Of a stretch of 64,000 nt of DNA, positions 1 to 13,759 are shown piece after piece; the first letter of the stretch is position 1; each line of letters begins with the position of its first letter. The translations under genes were made by a program, and so were the position numbers. Where the stretch lies: NCBI GenBank assembly GCA_951406725.2, contig OX597831.1:72354001-72418000 (forward strand), in the 5' to 3' direction. Origin of the DNA: Octopus vulgaris (lineage: Eukaryota). The notes under the pieces are model-generated. The model had not been told where the DNA came from and ran no database searches. It saw only the letters and a program-made list of their open reading frames with translations.

Positions 1-338
1 ACTGATAGACGGATACGTCCCACACATGACAGCAGCTGTTCGACATTACCCGACAAGTCAGCAATACCCGGACACTGAACGAATGCATCGTGCAGAACGG
101 TTTCGTCACTCTGCGCGCATCTCCGTCAATCCCATCTGACAGCACATCCGTTCCTATAGCCAGGCAAACGACATCTGGAAATTATCATGATAGTTCCCGA
201 CCGGAAAGTACTCCGGAACAGACTGGCCAGTTCGTTTTTGTCGACGTCTAGAGTCTCTTCGAGAACGTCGTCGCACTTCCCCGTCACTAATCCTCTATAA
301 ATTCCTAAAGAGGAACATCCGACGATCCCATTGCCAGA

Positions 339-1320
339 CTAGTAGAGGGATGTGAGTTCCTGAGGACATTCTGGGTGCCAGGCACCCAGTCTTGGTTTTT
401 TCCTCACCCAGGACCGCAGATCTGTCAAGAAGACGAGCTGTGGAAAGACGTGCTTCACAAACGGAGCCCACACACGCTCGCCATCCAGAAATCGTTGCAG
501 GTGGGGCAAGCTAAAAGTGTGTCGTGTCTGCACATTAGAAGCCACGGCATACCTAATTCGCCATTTAGAAGGTGCTGACAAGAAACTGACCGCCTGACCA
601 TCGGAACGCGTCTGTTCCACAATAATTTAAATAAGAAAAAGCGGCAGCAGGCAGCTCTGACGGGCCGAGCGTGCGATGTTAAATGGTTCTGTTAGGTGGC
701 CATTTACTTTGAAAACTGAGGTTGTGCTACTGTGCATTGCAGCGATCCAGCCTCTGAAAACGGGTCCGAAACTGTCTGCTTTGAGGACGGCTGGGATCAA
801 AGCAGGCTTCGAGGGTGCTCTGATCACTTTGTATCGATCTAAAGTATTCGATTGGGTCGACCAGTGCTACTTGGAAGTGATGATGTATCGCATAAGGTGG
901 AGGTTGTCGTAGCTGGATCTGTTCAGGATTGCGCACATTTGCGCTTCCCTGACCAGGGCACCGACAACAAGCGCCAACCTTTTCGCCAACACCTTGGTCA
1001 AAATCTTAAACACTGTGTTTAGTAGAGTTATGGGCCGAAAATTCCATAGTGGGTCTCCATTGTCGGCGTCCTTTCTCAGCAGTGTCACCACACCCCAGAT
1101 GACAGCGCTAGGAATTCTCCCGTTCTGTTATCAGTTGCGGTCAAACAAATCTGGCATGAATACATAGAATTCATAGGGCAGGCTATCCAAACCGGACGAT
1201 TTGCGACTTGTTCAATCGTTCATCACCTCCGAATTTCAGCGGCTGTTATCGGCTTTTTACACAAACTCGCGTTAGCTGGCGAAAGCCGCGGCATGCAATC
1301 CAGGTACGAACTAAAGTCCA
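339..1320 (-). mobile_element. Degenerate, internally deleted Tx1/L1-clade LINE ORF2 fragment (RT region)
   Basis: Minus-strand peptides VTLLRKD..NFRPITLLNTVFKILTKVLAKRL and FGPVFRGWIAAM..VNGHLTEPFNIARSARQ are L1/Tx1 RT motifs; many stops and frameshifts; homologous to the copy at 3120-5440. Confidence 0.8.
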
Positions 1321-1888
1321 CCATCGTCGTCGACCCTTCGATCCAACCCATGACTGAATCAAGTAAAAGGATAAAAGAATAAAAGAACATGATATATCAT
1401 CTCACCAATGTAATACGGATGTAACGATGTATGGAAACAATTGTAGTGATGTGAAATAAAGAATATCTTTCAATCCATTCTTTCTTATTCATCTCTTTAT
1501 AAATACGGAATTTGAGCTCAGGACGTAAAGGCCGACGAAATGACGGTAAGCATTTTACCCGGTGAGGTAACGATTACCCGGTGAGGTAACGTCACCTTTT
1601 TAAACTGATTCCTGTTCCTTTCAACTATTGGCACAAGGCCTTATATTTTTAGGGAAGGGAGTTCCTTTCAACTAGGCTTTATATTTTTAGGGAAGGGAGT
1701 AAGTTGATTACATCGATTCCAGTGCTGAACAGGTATTTATTTTATCGATCTCGAAATAATGAAAGGTAAGGTCGACCGCGGCGGAATTCGAATTCAGAAC
1801 GTAAAGCCGGATGAAATGCTGTTAAGCATTTTGACCGGCGCGGTAATGATTCTGCCAATTCGCTGTCTTTTGGTTTTTCATTGATTCG

Positions 1889-2030
1889 TACTCTTTTACT
1901 TGTTTCAGTCATTTGACTGCGGCCATGCTGGAGCACCGCCTTTTAATCGAGCAACTCGACCCCGGGACTTATTCTTTTGTAAGCCCAGTACTTATTCTAT
2001 CTGTCTCTTTTGCCGAACCGCTAAGTAACT
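1889..2030 (-). mobile_element. 3' part of SINE family B
   Basis: tactcttttacttgtttcagtcatttgactgcggccatgctggagcaccgcc matches copies at 18068 and 56480, and in reverse 16107 and 47966. Confidence 0.8.
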
Positions 2031-2305
2031 ATATGCTTGAAGCTTGACAAGTAATAGGCGGTGTTTTACCGAGTCAAAAGCTTTGGCAAAGTCCAATAAA
2101 ACGATGTCAACAGCATCACCATCATCCAGGATACGCGTCACCAATTCTTCCATTACCAGTAAGTTGGTCAAGCATGATCTCTTCGGCACGAAGCCGTGTT
2201 GGGAATCAGAGATAGAGTCTGTGTTTTGGAGGTGGAGTAACATACTTTTCTTAAGGATGGTTTCGAACATCTTGCTGATTATTGAAGTAAGGGAAACCGG
2301 TCGGA
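2030..2305 (-). mobile_element. CR1/L2-group LINE reverse transcriptase fragment
   Basis: PVSLTSIISKMFE..DSQHGFVPKRSCLTNLL..DIVLLDFAKAFDSV are N-terminal RT motifs of CR1-group elements. Confidence 0.85.
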
Positions 2306-3119
2306 TTGAAGTTTATTCATATTTCTTAAATACAAAGGTTTTATACTGCTGTAAGTCGGCCTGTTAATTTTTATTTTATAAAATAACACTCTGATTCATG
2401 GAGCATAGTATCAGTATGTTTTAGAAGTATAAACAAAGTCACACGTGAAATATTGAAAGACTAAATTGTTTTCTACTCTATCGGTATTTCAACTCACGTT
2501 CAGACATGACTTTTTTGATAATATGATTTTTGAAGTGAGGAATTTTAATAACCACACTATTCCAAATGTGAAATATAATTGCATTCCAGTATTGTTATAG
2601 GTACTGGCAAAACGCATTAAATAAAGATGTTTTGATATGAATAAATATAAAGCTAAATGTGAAACAATGAAAGAATAAATTAATTTCCATCTTCCATAGT
2701 ATTTGGAATCACGTGTTCAATTTTGGAGATATGGTTTTGTTTTTGTAAGTATGGAATTCTAATGACCTATTTAAATCTCAGACTAGCTTCTGCGCAATAT
2801 TTTCGGCCCAACTTCATTTTAGAAGCTCAGAACATTTGATTGTTGTGTCTGTGCAAAATACAACGATGATGCATCTTGGAATTTAATGCAAACTGGATGG
2901 TATTTTTAGTGAGGCTGCAGTCTCGTATCCTCTGAGCATGATTAGGAGCTTCTTTGCAATCTTTTCTCAAGTCTATTCATCATCCAACAATCAGTAATTT
3001 TGGAATTATCACTGTGAGAGCCTGACAGAAACACACACAAAAAAGCCACCAAATCTCCGAGTTTACATTTACCATATACCTTACCGCAACTAATAACATC
3101 GAAAAAATACCTTAGAAAT

Positions 3120-5439
3120 TAGACCGACTTGCTGGCAGCGACTTTGGTTTTGAACCAATTCTTCAACACCAAGCATGAAGGTTGCATTGTCAGAGCTAGC
3201 GCGCGTGCTCTAAAGCAGGAGGGAACGAAAGCCGTTCGATGGGCCCGGGTGGCCGGGGCGCAACGTGGTAATAATTCAGCCTTTGAGGGGTCAGGACGGG
3301 GACATGCTACACGAGTCGAAGCAGATTTGAGTGGAATTTCAGTGGCACATTGCTGAACTGTACGGAGCACGCGGTGGCCCGGAGGTGGAGGTGAACTTCA
3401 CTTCCTACCTTGATAGTATGCCGCGGCTTTCGGTCAGGGACGTGAAGTTCTGCGAAATGCCGATAACAGCTGAAGATATACGTGACGCGTTAACTAGTTA
3501 TACACGAGGGACAGGTCTCCGAGACTGGATGGTCTGCCCTTCGAGCTTTATATACATATGCCAGACTTGTTTGGTGAGCTTTTGAGAAACGCCAACCACA
3601 ACTGGCAACAAAATAGGAAAATACCCGGATCTGTGAGCCGAGGTGTGGTAACGCTACTGAGAAAGGATCTGAAAAGGGAGGTCATTGTTGATAACTTTAG
3701 GCCAGTAAATCTGCTAAATACAGATTTCAAAATTTTGGCCAATGTGTTAGCAAAGAGGTTGGCACTTGTTGAGAGACTTGATAGGTGATGCGCAGGCTTG
3801 TGCTACCCCCAGCAGAACTATACACGACAACCTCCACCGCATAGAGGTTTGGTAAAGAACTTGGCATGGATGGGGTCCTGATCCATTTGAATCCATCGAA
3901 ATCTTTTGAAAGCATCGACAATCTGTACTTGAAGGCTGTCCCTAAGGTAATACGAAGCGGTAACAGGAGCAATGATCAACCAGGAGAAGTCAGTGGGCCT
4001 GCGGCTCGGCACCTAGGGAGGCAGGCCCATGCCAACCGAGAGTGTGGTGGGGTGCTGGACGGAAGTTCCTGTTAAGTTGCTCGGGATCTTGTTCAGTCCG
4101 GATCTCCAAGTAGACAAGAACTGGGGAGAGCTGACAGACAGGGTGGCCAGTTTCACCCAGAAATGGGTTGAGAGGAAGCTGTCCCTACAATGTCGGACGG
4201 AGGTGACGAAAACGTACATTGCATCCGTCATATACTACCACTTGACTGTTGTCCCTTTCCCCGCTTCATGACTGAACGGGCTGGTGCGTTTGCTCTTCCG
4301 CTTCCTGTGGAAGGGATAGGTACCATTTGTCAGACGGTCCATTTACTGTCAGAACCCGTTGCATGGAGGACTGAGCATGTCATGGCTGAAGCTGCGCAGA
4401 CATGCGCTGACGCTGTGACATCTCCAGCGATACCTTAACGGTGAGCAGGTGTGGTTACCGTTTGTTGAACGCGCTTTTCTGCAGCTTGTCTCCTTGACGG
4501 AGCTACAGTCCTGGATCAGGCGTAGACCGAGACAGGACGCTTGGCACCTAGAGTGTCTCTAAGCGCTTACACTCCTCGGCCAGTCGAACAATGCGGGGAA
4601 TTAATGGAGAGCAAGAGCGACGACATACTTGGAGAGGTCCTGGGTGTCGAGGGGGATTAGCTGGACGGTCTCTTCTAGAGGACTTTCAGTCAGGGAACTA
4701 TGGATAGCTTCCAGAAAGCCCTAGCCCGGCAGTGCTACCGGGGAGGAGTTGCTGGCTCGAGATAAGCTTTACAGACACGGGTGTGCAGTCAGTCGGGCTC
4801 GTCCGAGATGCATGCAGAGCGATGAAACCGTTTTGCATGCTCTCGTACAGTGTCCACGCATTGCTGTCTTGTGGAGCTTTGTTGAACAGCTATTGTCACG
4901 TGTAGGACGGATCCGGCTATCATCCGAGTCCATTGTAAAGATCGCCCCGCCTCTTTCCTTTGGCCGGGAAGGGAGGACAATTTTCCTGGCTGGTGGCAAT
5001 GGCAAAAGAGGTTGTGTGGCGGACTCGATTGAAAGGGTTGAAGTCGGGCACCTACCTCTTTGGCCAAGGCCTCATTGACTTTTTCAAGTTCCACCTGAAA
5101 AGGAAAGTGATGCTAGAGAGGGAGGCACTGTCACCTAGTAAGTTCGTTGAAAGGTGGATGAATGTGGAAAGAATGGTCCACGTGAATTGACCAGCTCTAA
5201 CTGTGCGCTTGTAAGCTGGATGGAAGGAGATGTTGTTGTTGTTAAGGGGTCTAAAAATGCGTGAGATCTCTTTGGTCACCTTACAGTGGACACCCCCCTT
5301 TTGGGGAAGCATATTGTTGATTTAATCTCTTTGTTAACTGTTGTGTTTGCTGGTTGTTTGAACGTTTAACTTCGCTGTCCCTCGTCTGTGTATTGTCCTC
5401 TATGTTTTATGTTCGGTCCCGATGGCCAATAAAGAAAAC

Positions 5440-5440
<1 letters not shown>
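3120..5440 (+). mobile_element. Degenerate Tx1/L1-clade LINE, 3' two-thirds of ORF2 plus 3' UTR
   Basis: Fragments GVVTLLRKD..NFRPVNLLNTDFKILANVLAKRL, VKLLGILF and zf-RVT-like CMQSDETVLHALVQC; ends aataaagaaaact directly before a (TTA)n tract. Confidence 0.85.

Positions 5441-5516
<76 letters not shown>
5440..5516. repeat. (TTA)n microsatellite
   Basis: Perfect trinucleotide run. Confidence 0.98.
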
Positions 5517-6605
5517 CCATAATATCAATACGCTAACATTTTGTTTTTGTACGTACCTGATGTGTGTGTCACACTTAATTCAAAGAATTGGCAAAGCGAG
5601 AGAGGGGAGGACAGAGAGGAAGTAAGAGAGAAAGAGAGAGAGTGAGTGAGTGAGTGAGTGAGTGAGAGAGAGAGTAAGAGAGAGTGAGAGAGTGAGAGAG
5701 AAAGAGAGAGAGTGAAAGAGACAGTGTGTAGTGATGAGACAGTGAATGGTGATGGCGTTCGTTGCGTGTTTTTAAATGTTTATCACATCGCAAGAGAAGT
5801 AGATACATAGATACATATACACATTGTTAAATCAAAAGCAGGAGAGAATAGGGACACAAAGGAAGTGAAAGAGAGACAGTAGATACACAAATCCAAAGAA
5901 AAGTTCATACATAGATACATAGACACAGCAAATATTGGATGTCAATTTCACTTTTCATTACCACACGAGAATAAAATTAATTTACAAATAGCTGAGTACT
6001 CCACAGACATGCATAACATTAACGTAGTTCTCAGGAAGATTCAAGCTCAGAATATGACAAGGTAGAATATAACAGCTACAACTCGAGACATATATATATG
6101 AAAGTATTTGTGCGTGTGTGTATAATTTAGGTTAGTTAAAACACGTTTGCAATAATAAGTGTCGCGTGGTAAAAATAAACGCAATTACCAAACTTTCATG
6201 CATAAATTCATTTATTATTTCGTTCTTTTGCATTTCAATTTTTACATTTGTACTCCTGATTATGTACAAGCACATATGTAAAATGACGTCTTTTATTTTT
6301 TAATCATTACCTGCTGATATAGGAGGGACAGAGAGGGAGTGAGAGAGAGTGTGAGAGAGAGGAAGAGATAGAGAGAGAGAGAGAGGAGTGAGTGGTGACT
6401 CAAAGGAAGGTGGTGTTTGTTTTGTGTTTTCAACTACAGCAAATATTGGATACTGTATCTTAAACAAAAATTGTCTAATACATTCGTGTATGTTTTTTCA
6501 ATTGAAACACTGAATCATTTCAGACATTTATTGTTTTAATAGCAAGAGAAAAGCTGAGAGAGAAAGAGAGGGAGTGAGAGAGAAAGAGTGGCAAAGCAAC
6601 CGATA

Positions 6606-6643
<38 letters not shown>

Positions 6644-6954
6644 TTAAAATTTCGTTGTGGACTATCTGACACGCACTGTCTATCTGTCTGTCTCTCTCTC
6701 TCTAGGTATGTGTTTGTGTATGAGTATGCATGTATGTGTATGTTTGTATATATATATATATGATTGTGCTTGTTACCGTTTTGAATTCCTTAAACAGCTA
6801 TTAAAGACCCACACGCACACACACAGACACACACACACATTTGTTCTAACCCATTTCAACTGCAACCATACACCAGATAACGTGGTAAGTATTTTATTCC
6901 AAAATTTAAATTTTGAATTTGTTTTCATTAGAAAATTACACCTCAGCTAAAAAA

Positions 6955-7975
6955 ACATCAGTTTGACAAAGGGCAAAACTATTCACAGCATCTTTAAGTT
7001 ACCGGTGCCACTTACAGAAAATAGTGTTTGCAACGTACCACCAGATTCAGAACATGCTATCGAACTTAGATGCATACAAGTTTTTATAGTAGATGAAGCA
7101 TCAATGATTCCCAGTTATGCTTTAAATACCATAAATAGATGCCTAAAAGACATAATGGGAAACGATGCAGTCTTTGGAGGAAAAATAATTCTTCCAATTG
7201 TTCCCTGAGCTCCTCCAGCAGCTATCATTGATGCATGCATTAAAAGATCACATTTATGGCATCATTTTCATCAACTCAGGTTAACTCAAAATATGAGGGT
7301 AGATGTTAAGGAACAAGAATTTTCTAAGTGGCTACTTTTACTTGGCAATGGTTCCCTAAACAGTGTTCTTCAAGATGTTCCACTACATACTTTTGACGTA
7401 CCTACCTTTTCCTGCTATCAAACATCACTTGTTCCAAAACTTTTCAACAAATGTACGCCAGAAGAAATGGAAAAACGAGTAATTTAATCTCCTAAAAATT
7501 CTGACTGTCTTGCAATAAATTAAAAAGCTCTTAATATTATACCAGAGACAATTAAAAACATACTTAAGCACAGATTCAGTGTTCTGCAATAATGAAGAGG
7601 ACGTTCAGAACTATCCATTTGAATTCATAAACTCACTCACTCCATCCGGTCTGCCTCCTCATCGCCTCAACTTAAAGCTATTGTAATGCCGCTACGAAAT
7701 ATTTCGACCAGTCAAGGATTATGTAATAGAACTCGCATGAAAGTGCAAAGACTTCATGAACATTCTGTAGAGGCATCATTGGTAACAGGCTCCAACAGAG
7801 GTCGTACAGTTCTAAATCCCAGAATTAAACTTAGCCCAAGTTCCATTCACACTAAACAGACTTCAGTTTCCACTCCGACTTGCATATTCAATGACAATTA
7901 ATAAGGCTCATGGGCAAACATCTGAAAAAGTTGGCATGCATTTGCCTCAACTGGTATTTTCTCATGGCCAATTAT
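6955..7975 (+). pseudogene. PIF1-family helicase remnant, most likely Helitron Rep/Hel
   Basis: GKTIHSIFKLPV, FIVDEASMIP, FGGKIIL, QLRLTQNMR, PSGLPPHRLNLK, LRNISTSQGLCN, FPLRLAYSMTINKAHGQT, FSHGQLY; interrupted by stops and frameshifts. Confidence 0.88.
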
Positions 7976-8189
7976 ATATATAATAATTAACATCTTAATA
8001 TAGTTTATAACAGCTTCACCCTTCTCCTTGTTTAATAGAAAATTTATCGTTTGTCCCTGCATGTTTTATAGTATCTTTGTAGACACTTTATTATATTAAT
8101 AATGAAAACAAGTGACACTTAAAAGCGAAAGAATTATTGTTGTTGTTGCTGATGATGTTGTCTTCTTCTTCTTCCAATCAGGATTCACG

Positions 8190-8649
8190 CCATTAGCCAC
8201 AAAGAATAATCTCTAATTCGAGCCTACTCTAAGCTACAAAGAATGCGTGTGGCAACTTGAAGATCCACCCACCACACGCGATAGACTGGCGGTTGCACGG
8301 GCGCGAAAGCTACGTTGTTATCCTCATTCCGTAAACGGTGGCTTTTAACGAGTGGAGAGCTGAACCATCCTGGGGTACAGAGGATTCGCAATCTAGACTA
8401 GGGTCTGAAAGTTAGGCACACCATAGTGGGTTACACCATGGTTCCTCTGCTTTGTGGCAGAAGTAGGAAGAAAGAGTGAGAGAAAGTTGTGAAAGGGTAC
8501 AGTGAGGTTCACCCACCCCCTGCCGGTGCCTCGTGGAGCTTAGGTGTTTTTGCTCAATAAACACTCACAATGCCCAGTCTGGGAATCGAAACCGCGTTCT
8601 TACGACCGCGAGTCCGCTGCCCTAACCACTGGGCCATTGCGCCTCCACT
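8190..8649 (-). mobile_element. tRNA-derived SINE family C with its own 3' tail
   Basis: Reverse strand begins agtggaggcgcaatggcccagtggttagggcagcggactcgcgg..ggtttcgattccc (A and B boxes); related heads at about 39908 and 40820; left boundary approximate. Confidence 0.7.
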
Positions 8650-9571
8650 GATGTTGTCGTTGTTACTGTTACTGTGATGATGGGGTTGACATATATAAAC
8701 ATCTCTATTGCTGGCTTTAAGTAAATTGGATGATAACCGAATTTTATGAAGACTTCTTTTTTGAATATTTTGCCAACAGATTTTTGAAAAAAATATGTGT
8801 CCTTTCCGTATACTTTATACGGAATGGTTTGTAGTTGAAAATGTTTACATTATATTTTGTAAACATCTGTTTTCTTATGTTTCGATGTTTTAAACAATTG
8901 TGATAGCAACTAGAGGTACTAATTTCAAAAGCGAAAGCAGTGTAAGAATTTCGAGAAAGATTCTAATAGCTGTGAAAGCAAATGTACAGATTTAAAAATA
9001 AAAGAGAAATAGAAAAACAAAAATTCTAAGTAAACATGCGGATGTAATTACTGATACAGACACGACAGAGAAACACAGAAAAATATGACAATTCTACAAA
9101 CGAATACATACGTAATGATAGACTTTCGTACTGCACAAGTAGCAAGGGAAAAAAATTAGCTGAGGCAGTAACAACAGCAGCTTTGCAAGTGTTAAAAGCT
9201 AAAGAGCAATATTTAAATATGAATTAAGTGGGTGAGCTAGCAGAATCGTTAGAAGACTGGGTGAAATATTTAGCGGCATTTTGTCCGTCTTTTCGTTCTG
9301 AATTCAAATTTCACCGGGGTCGACTTTGCTTTTCATCTTTTCTGGGTCGATAAAATAAGTACCACTTGAACACAGGGATCGATGTAATCGACCATCCCGT
9401 TCCCTTCAAAAGTGCTGGCTTTGAACCCTGCAACTGATCAATGTCCCTTTCAAGGAGAAATGCTGAGATCCTTATCATTATACGCCATGGAACCCTGGTA
9501 CTCGGTCTCATAGGGTTCGAGACCATCGATTGAAATGGAAGAATCTGGGAAAAGTTTTATCAAAGGATTCT

Positions 9572-9985
9572 TATTTCTTTACTACCCACAAGGGGCTACA
9601 CACAGAGGGGACAAACAAGGACAGACAAACGGATTAAGTCGATTATATCGACCCCAGTGCGTAGCTGGTACTTATTTAATCGACCCCGAAAGGATGAAAG
9701 CAAAGTCGACCTTGGCTGAATTTGAACTCAGAACGTAACGGCAGACGAAATACCTATTTCTTTATTACCCACAAGGGGCTAAACATAGAGGGGACAAACA
9801 AGGACAGACAAAGGGATTAAGTCGATTACATCGACCCCAGTGCGTAACTGGTACTTATTTAATCGACCCCGAAAGGATAACAGGCAAAGTCGACCTTGGC
9901 TGAATTTGAACTCAGAACGTAACGGCAGCCGAAATACCGCTAAGCATTTCGCCCGGCGTGCTAACGTTTCTGCCAGCTCGCCGCC
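9572..9985 (-). mobile_element. SINE family A dimer with 15-bp TSD
   Basis: Two tandem units, one head (ggcggcgagctggcagaaacgttagcac); TSD ttatcaaaggattct at 9557-9571 and 9986-10000. Confidence 0.88.
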
Positions 9986-10099
9986 TTATCAAAGGATTCT
10001 GAATCGAAAGAAACCTTGGCAATGTGAAGTACAACGTTTTCCTTTGACATGGGTGGGACTTATGAAAGCGTGGATCCTAAAAATTGCGGAGGAAAACAA

Positions 10100-10800
10100 G
10101 GAGAGTTAGTCTGTCACACAACAGCTCATAGGATGTCCCTGCAGCGCACGGGACGACATACATGAGAGGTGGTGAGAGACATCACCAATATCTCTCACAG
10201 GAACACGCAATGATGGTCTATTTGATATCAGGAGAAGGTGCCGAATGTCGAGATGACAGTAAAAAATATGGGGTATAGTCGTTGGACATGTAGGATTTGG
10301 GAATGTCAGGGTATACCCTGACATTCCCAAAGACCACAAAACAATTCATCTCGAAACTGCTTCGAATTATGAATGACTAGAAAATTCCATAAACCTGGTG
10401 ATGCAGGACGAAAAGCCTGAATGTTATACGTTTGTAGGTAAGAAACACGTGAGAACTGTTTGTTTAGAGGTGTAGGAAAGAAAAATAAAGAGGTAAAGAG
10501 AGTAGTAATACAAGAAGCATCAACAGAGGATCCTAAAAGTTGATGCTTCCAAAGCTCAACCAATTCCACAAGCGGTTACAGTTTCAAGTATAGCGGAAGA
10601 AATCGCATCGTCCTTAGTGTCAGAAGCCGACAACCAGGGGCCACACCTGTCGACTACAATCAGAAGTACCAACTCTTTTGTAAGAATATGAAGGATCTGG
10701 AGAATAAGTAAGGGTAAATTGTCGGAACGTGCGAAGATAAGTGCATCACCTTTTGGGATGTTATGAAGTCTGCTATGCTTTTTAATGCCTCATAATTGCA
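10100..10800 (-). mobile_element. Highly decayed LINE 3' coding remnant
   Basis: Weak similarity of AFRPASPGLWN to the C-terminal F.P...LWN motif of CR1/I/jockey ORF2; boundaries uncertain. Confidence 0.3.
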
Positions 10801-10882
10801 AACCAACAACTAACGAACTATTTTAGCGAAGTGTAAAACAAAAGGAAAAGATAGAGGCAGATATAAGAGGAGAGAGGTTCGA

Positions 10883-10920
<38 letters not shown>

Positions 10921-10921
<1 letters not shown>

Positions 10922-11476
10922 GAGTGAGAGAGTAGTTCATGCCATCAAAGTGACACTGGGGTAAAATATACGAAGCCCAATATACCCATCATGACTACCC
11001 GTCTGATAAAGGTACACCAGGCACATGCATCACAACCATATGTGCGCGACATGGTGATCTCATATCAAGATAAACAGCACATGACCTTGCAGGTGGGGCC
11101 CAGTTAGAATTTTCTTCAGGTTGAGTAGCCCATACCTGCTCAAACGGTCCCTGAATAAGGGTTGTTTAAGGATGTTGAAAGAACCACCCATGTTTCCAGA
11201 GGTAAACTATTCAAACCCCAAAGAATCCCTCTCAACACATGGCTATGATGCTCCCCCGCTACTTCTGCTCGTGATCAGAGATGCCCATATCGTCAGCCAC
11301 TAAGGGACATGCTCAACTGGTTATGGTCAAACATCCGACAAGCAAAACTATGGTATTGAGCAGAATATTTGCTGTAGCCCATCTTTTTATACCTAGACAA
11401 AACAATGTACATGATAACACTTCCAATCAGTTAAGATCAGAAGCCATGAGAACCACTGCCTGGTACTGCATCAGGA
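10921..11476 (-). mobile_element. ~555 bp non-coding interspersed repeat (family D) in TTA/TAA tracts
   Basis: Same sequence at 20272-20550 and in reverse at 57029-57500; flanked by (TTA)n on both sides. Confidence 0.8.
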
Positions 11477-11561
11477 TTATTATTATTGTTGTTGTTGTTG
11501 TTTTTGTTGCTGTTTTTGCACAGCTTCTAACGCTGGAGATGTACTACGGTGTTGTTGTTGC

Positions 11562-11839
<278 letters not shown>

Positions 11840-12082
11840 GCATCTTACATTATTTTACTTGTTTATTCATTTATGAGTGATTATTTTGTTTCGTTCATTT
11901 ACTTGTACTTGTAAGCTTGATCCAATTCTTATATCTTTGCTTCATTATCTAAGAAGATATTAATAGCTATTGTTTATTCTCTCCTCATAGTGACTTTGGC
12001 ATATTTTTGTTAATCTAATTTCATATCAGGCTACCTGCCTAAACATTGTCTACTTATTTATCTTCAGCACAAAGATTGGCCG

Positions 12083-12172
<90 letters not shown>
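12083..12172. repeat. (CTAT)n microsatellite
   Basis: Tetranucleotide run. Confidence 0.97.
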
Positions 12173-12174
<2 letters not shown>

Positions 12175-13039
12175 CATCTGTATATATATATATATGTGCT
12201 AATTTATTCTGGTTATATAATGTCTTCCGCGAAGAGAAATTGAATGTAGGAAAAAAACACCTAAAAATATTTTTCTTGTAGGATTATGTCTTAATCTTGT
12301 AAATAATTCTGTTGTCAGAATTTGTATTTATTTGGATACGTTTCTTTTCTAGCTTGAATGGAATTCTTCAATAACGAGGTATTTGCCTGATTTCTGCCAT
12401 ATCCCAGAATCCTGTTTCGTAACCATTTCACCATCTCTTGAACTTAGCGGTTTTAAATACATGGGGAAATGAAATTGCGTTTAATGTGAAAAAGTGATTA
12501 TCAGATGTCATTGTATAAACGAAAACGCAGAATGATTACAGATAAAATGCTAATTCAGGGTTGGTCTAATGTTAAACAAGTTAAACAATAACAACTTTAT
12601 TTCTTTACATAGAAATCAACATGTTGTTATTTCGTGCGTATATAATATGAATAAATACATAAATAATTCAGTAGTCAATGCGTATTTAACTTCTAGCTTG
12701 TACTTCTCAATCGCTTTTGTTCAAACGTCTTTCTTTAGTCCCGGAGAATCATCAAGCACCCTGTTTCATCTTTTCGTGGTCATTAAAATGTGTACCAGTT
12801 GAACACTGGGGTCGATGTAATTGACTTACATTTTCCCCCCGAACATGCTCGCCTTGTTCCAAAATTTGATATCAGTATCTATATTTACATAGGTATGGCT
12901 GTGTTGTCAAGAAATTCGCTTCGCAATCGTGTCATTCGTGAGTAAATCCCTCTGCGTGACACCTTATGGAAGTATCTTTTGTTCTATCCACATGTTGACC
13001 AATTGATACCCTGTGGTTTGTTGATGTTGTACAGCCCCT

Positions 13040-13425
13040 GTCAGGCTTGACCAACCAAGCAATATTGCACGTAGGAAGTCTGCTGAACGGTGACACGCGA
13101 TCCACAGAATCATTTTTGTGTAGTTCATGTTATAGTTATAAGTCGAAAATTATAGTTGCGAGAACAGTTCCTTGTTGTACTCCATTCGGGAAATTGCGAA
13201 TACTTGGAAATATTGTTCTTGTACACTGCATACACTTGTCGGTTTGCTGATGGTGTGCTAGCCAGCATTTTGTGTTTTTTCTTAAGGTGGTGTTGAGCTT
13301 TTATTGTGCGAATGGAGTCGAAAACTTTACTAATGTTGATGGTAGTTAGGATGTGTTGAGTTACGTTTTTGTTGATGTATCCATCGTGTATTTTGTGTAT
13401 TAAGTTTGTGGATAATATGATGATT
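13040..13425 (-). mobile_element. Decayed LINE RT fragment
   Basis: ILTTINISKVFDSI resembles D(L/I)SKAFD; shifted frame gives GVQQGTVLATIIF, resembling GVPQG. Confidence 0.55.
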
Positions 13426-13759
13426 GAGTGTAAGGCGATGAGCTGGCAGAATCGTAAGCACACTGGGCGAAATGCTTAGCGGCATTCCGTCCGTCTTCAC
13501 GTTCTGAGTTCAAATTCAGCTGAGGTCGACTTTGCTTTTCATCCTTTCGAGGTCGATAAAATAAGAACCAGTTGAGAACTGGTGTCGACTAACCCCTCCC
13601 CCCAAATCAACTTACCCTACTCCCCAGAATTACTGGCCTCGTACCAAAATTTGAAATCAAAGGCAGCGAGCTGGCAGAATATTTAGCGGAATTTCATCCG
13701 TGTGTCAAAATTTGAAACCAATATGATGGTTGAGAGTGGTGTACTAAATCCTGGTTGTG

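Noticed and set aside
6955-7975. Host PIF1 helicase gene
   Set aside because: Intronless, disrupted and Helitron-like in motif spacing
8570-8649. tRNA genes at SINE heads (also 16107, 17078, 39830, 40760)
   Set aside because: A and B boxes present but no clean cloverleaf, and each continues into a repeat body
12345-12450. Minus-strand frame ..DSGIWQKSGKYLVIEEFHSS*
   Set aside because: Weak acceptor, too short, no recognised family
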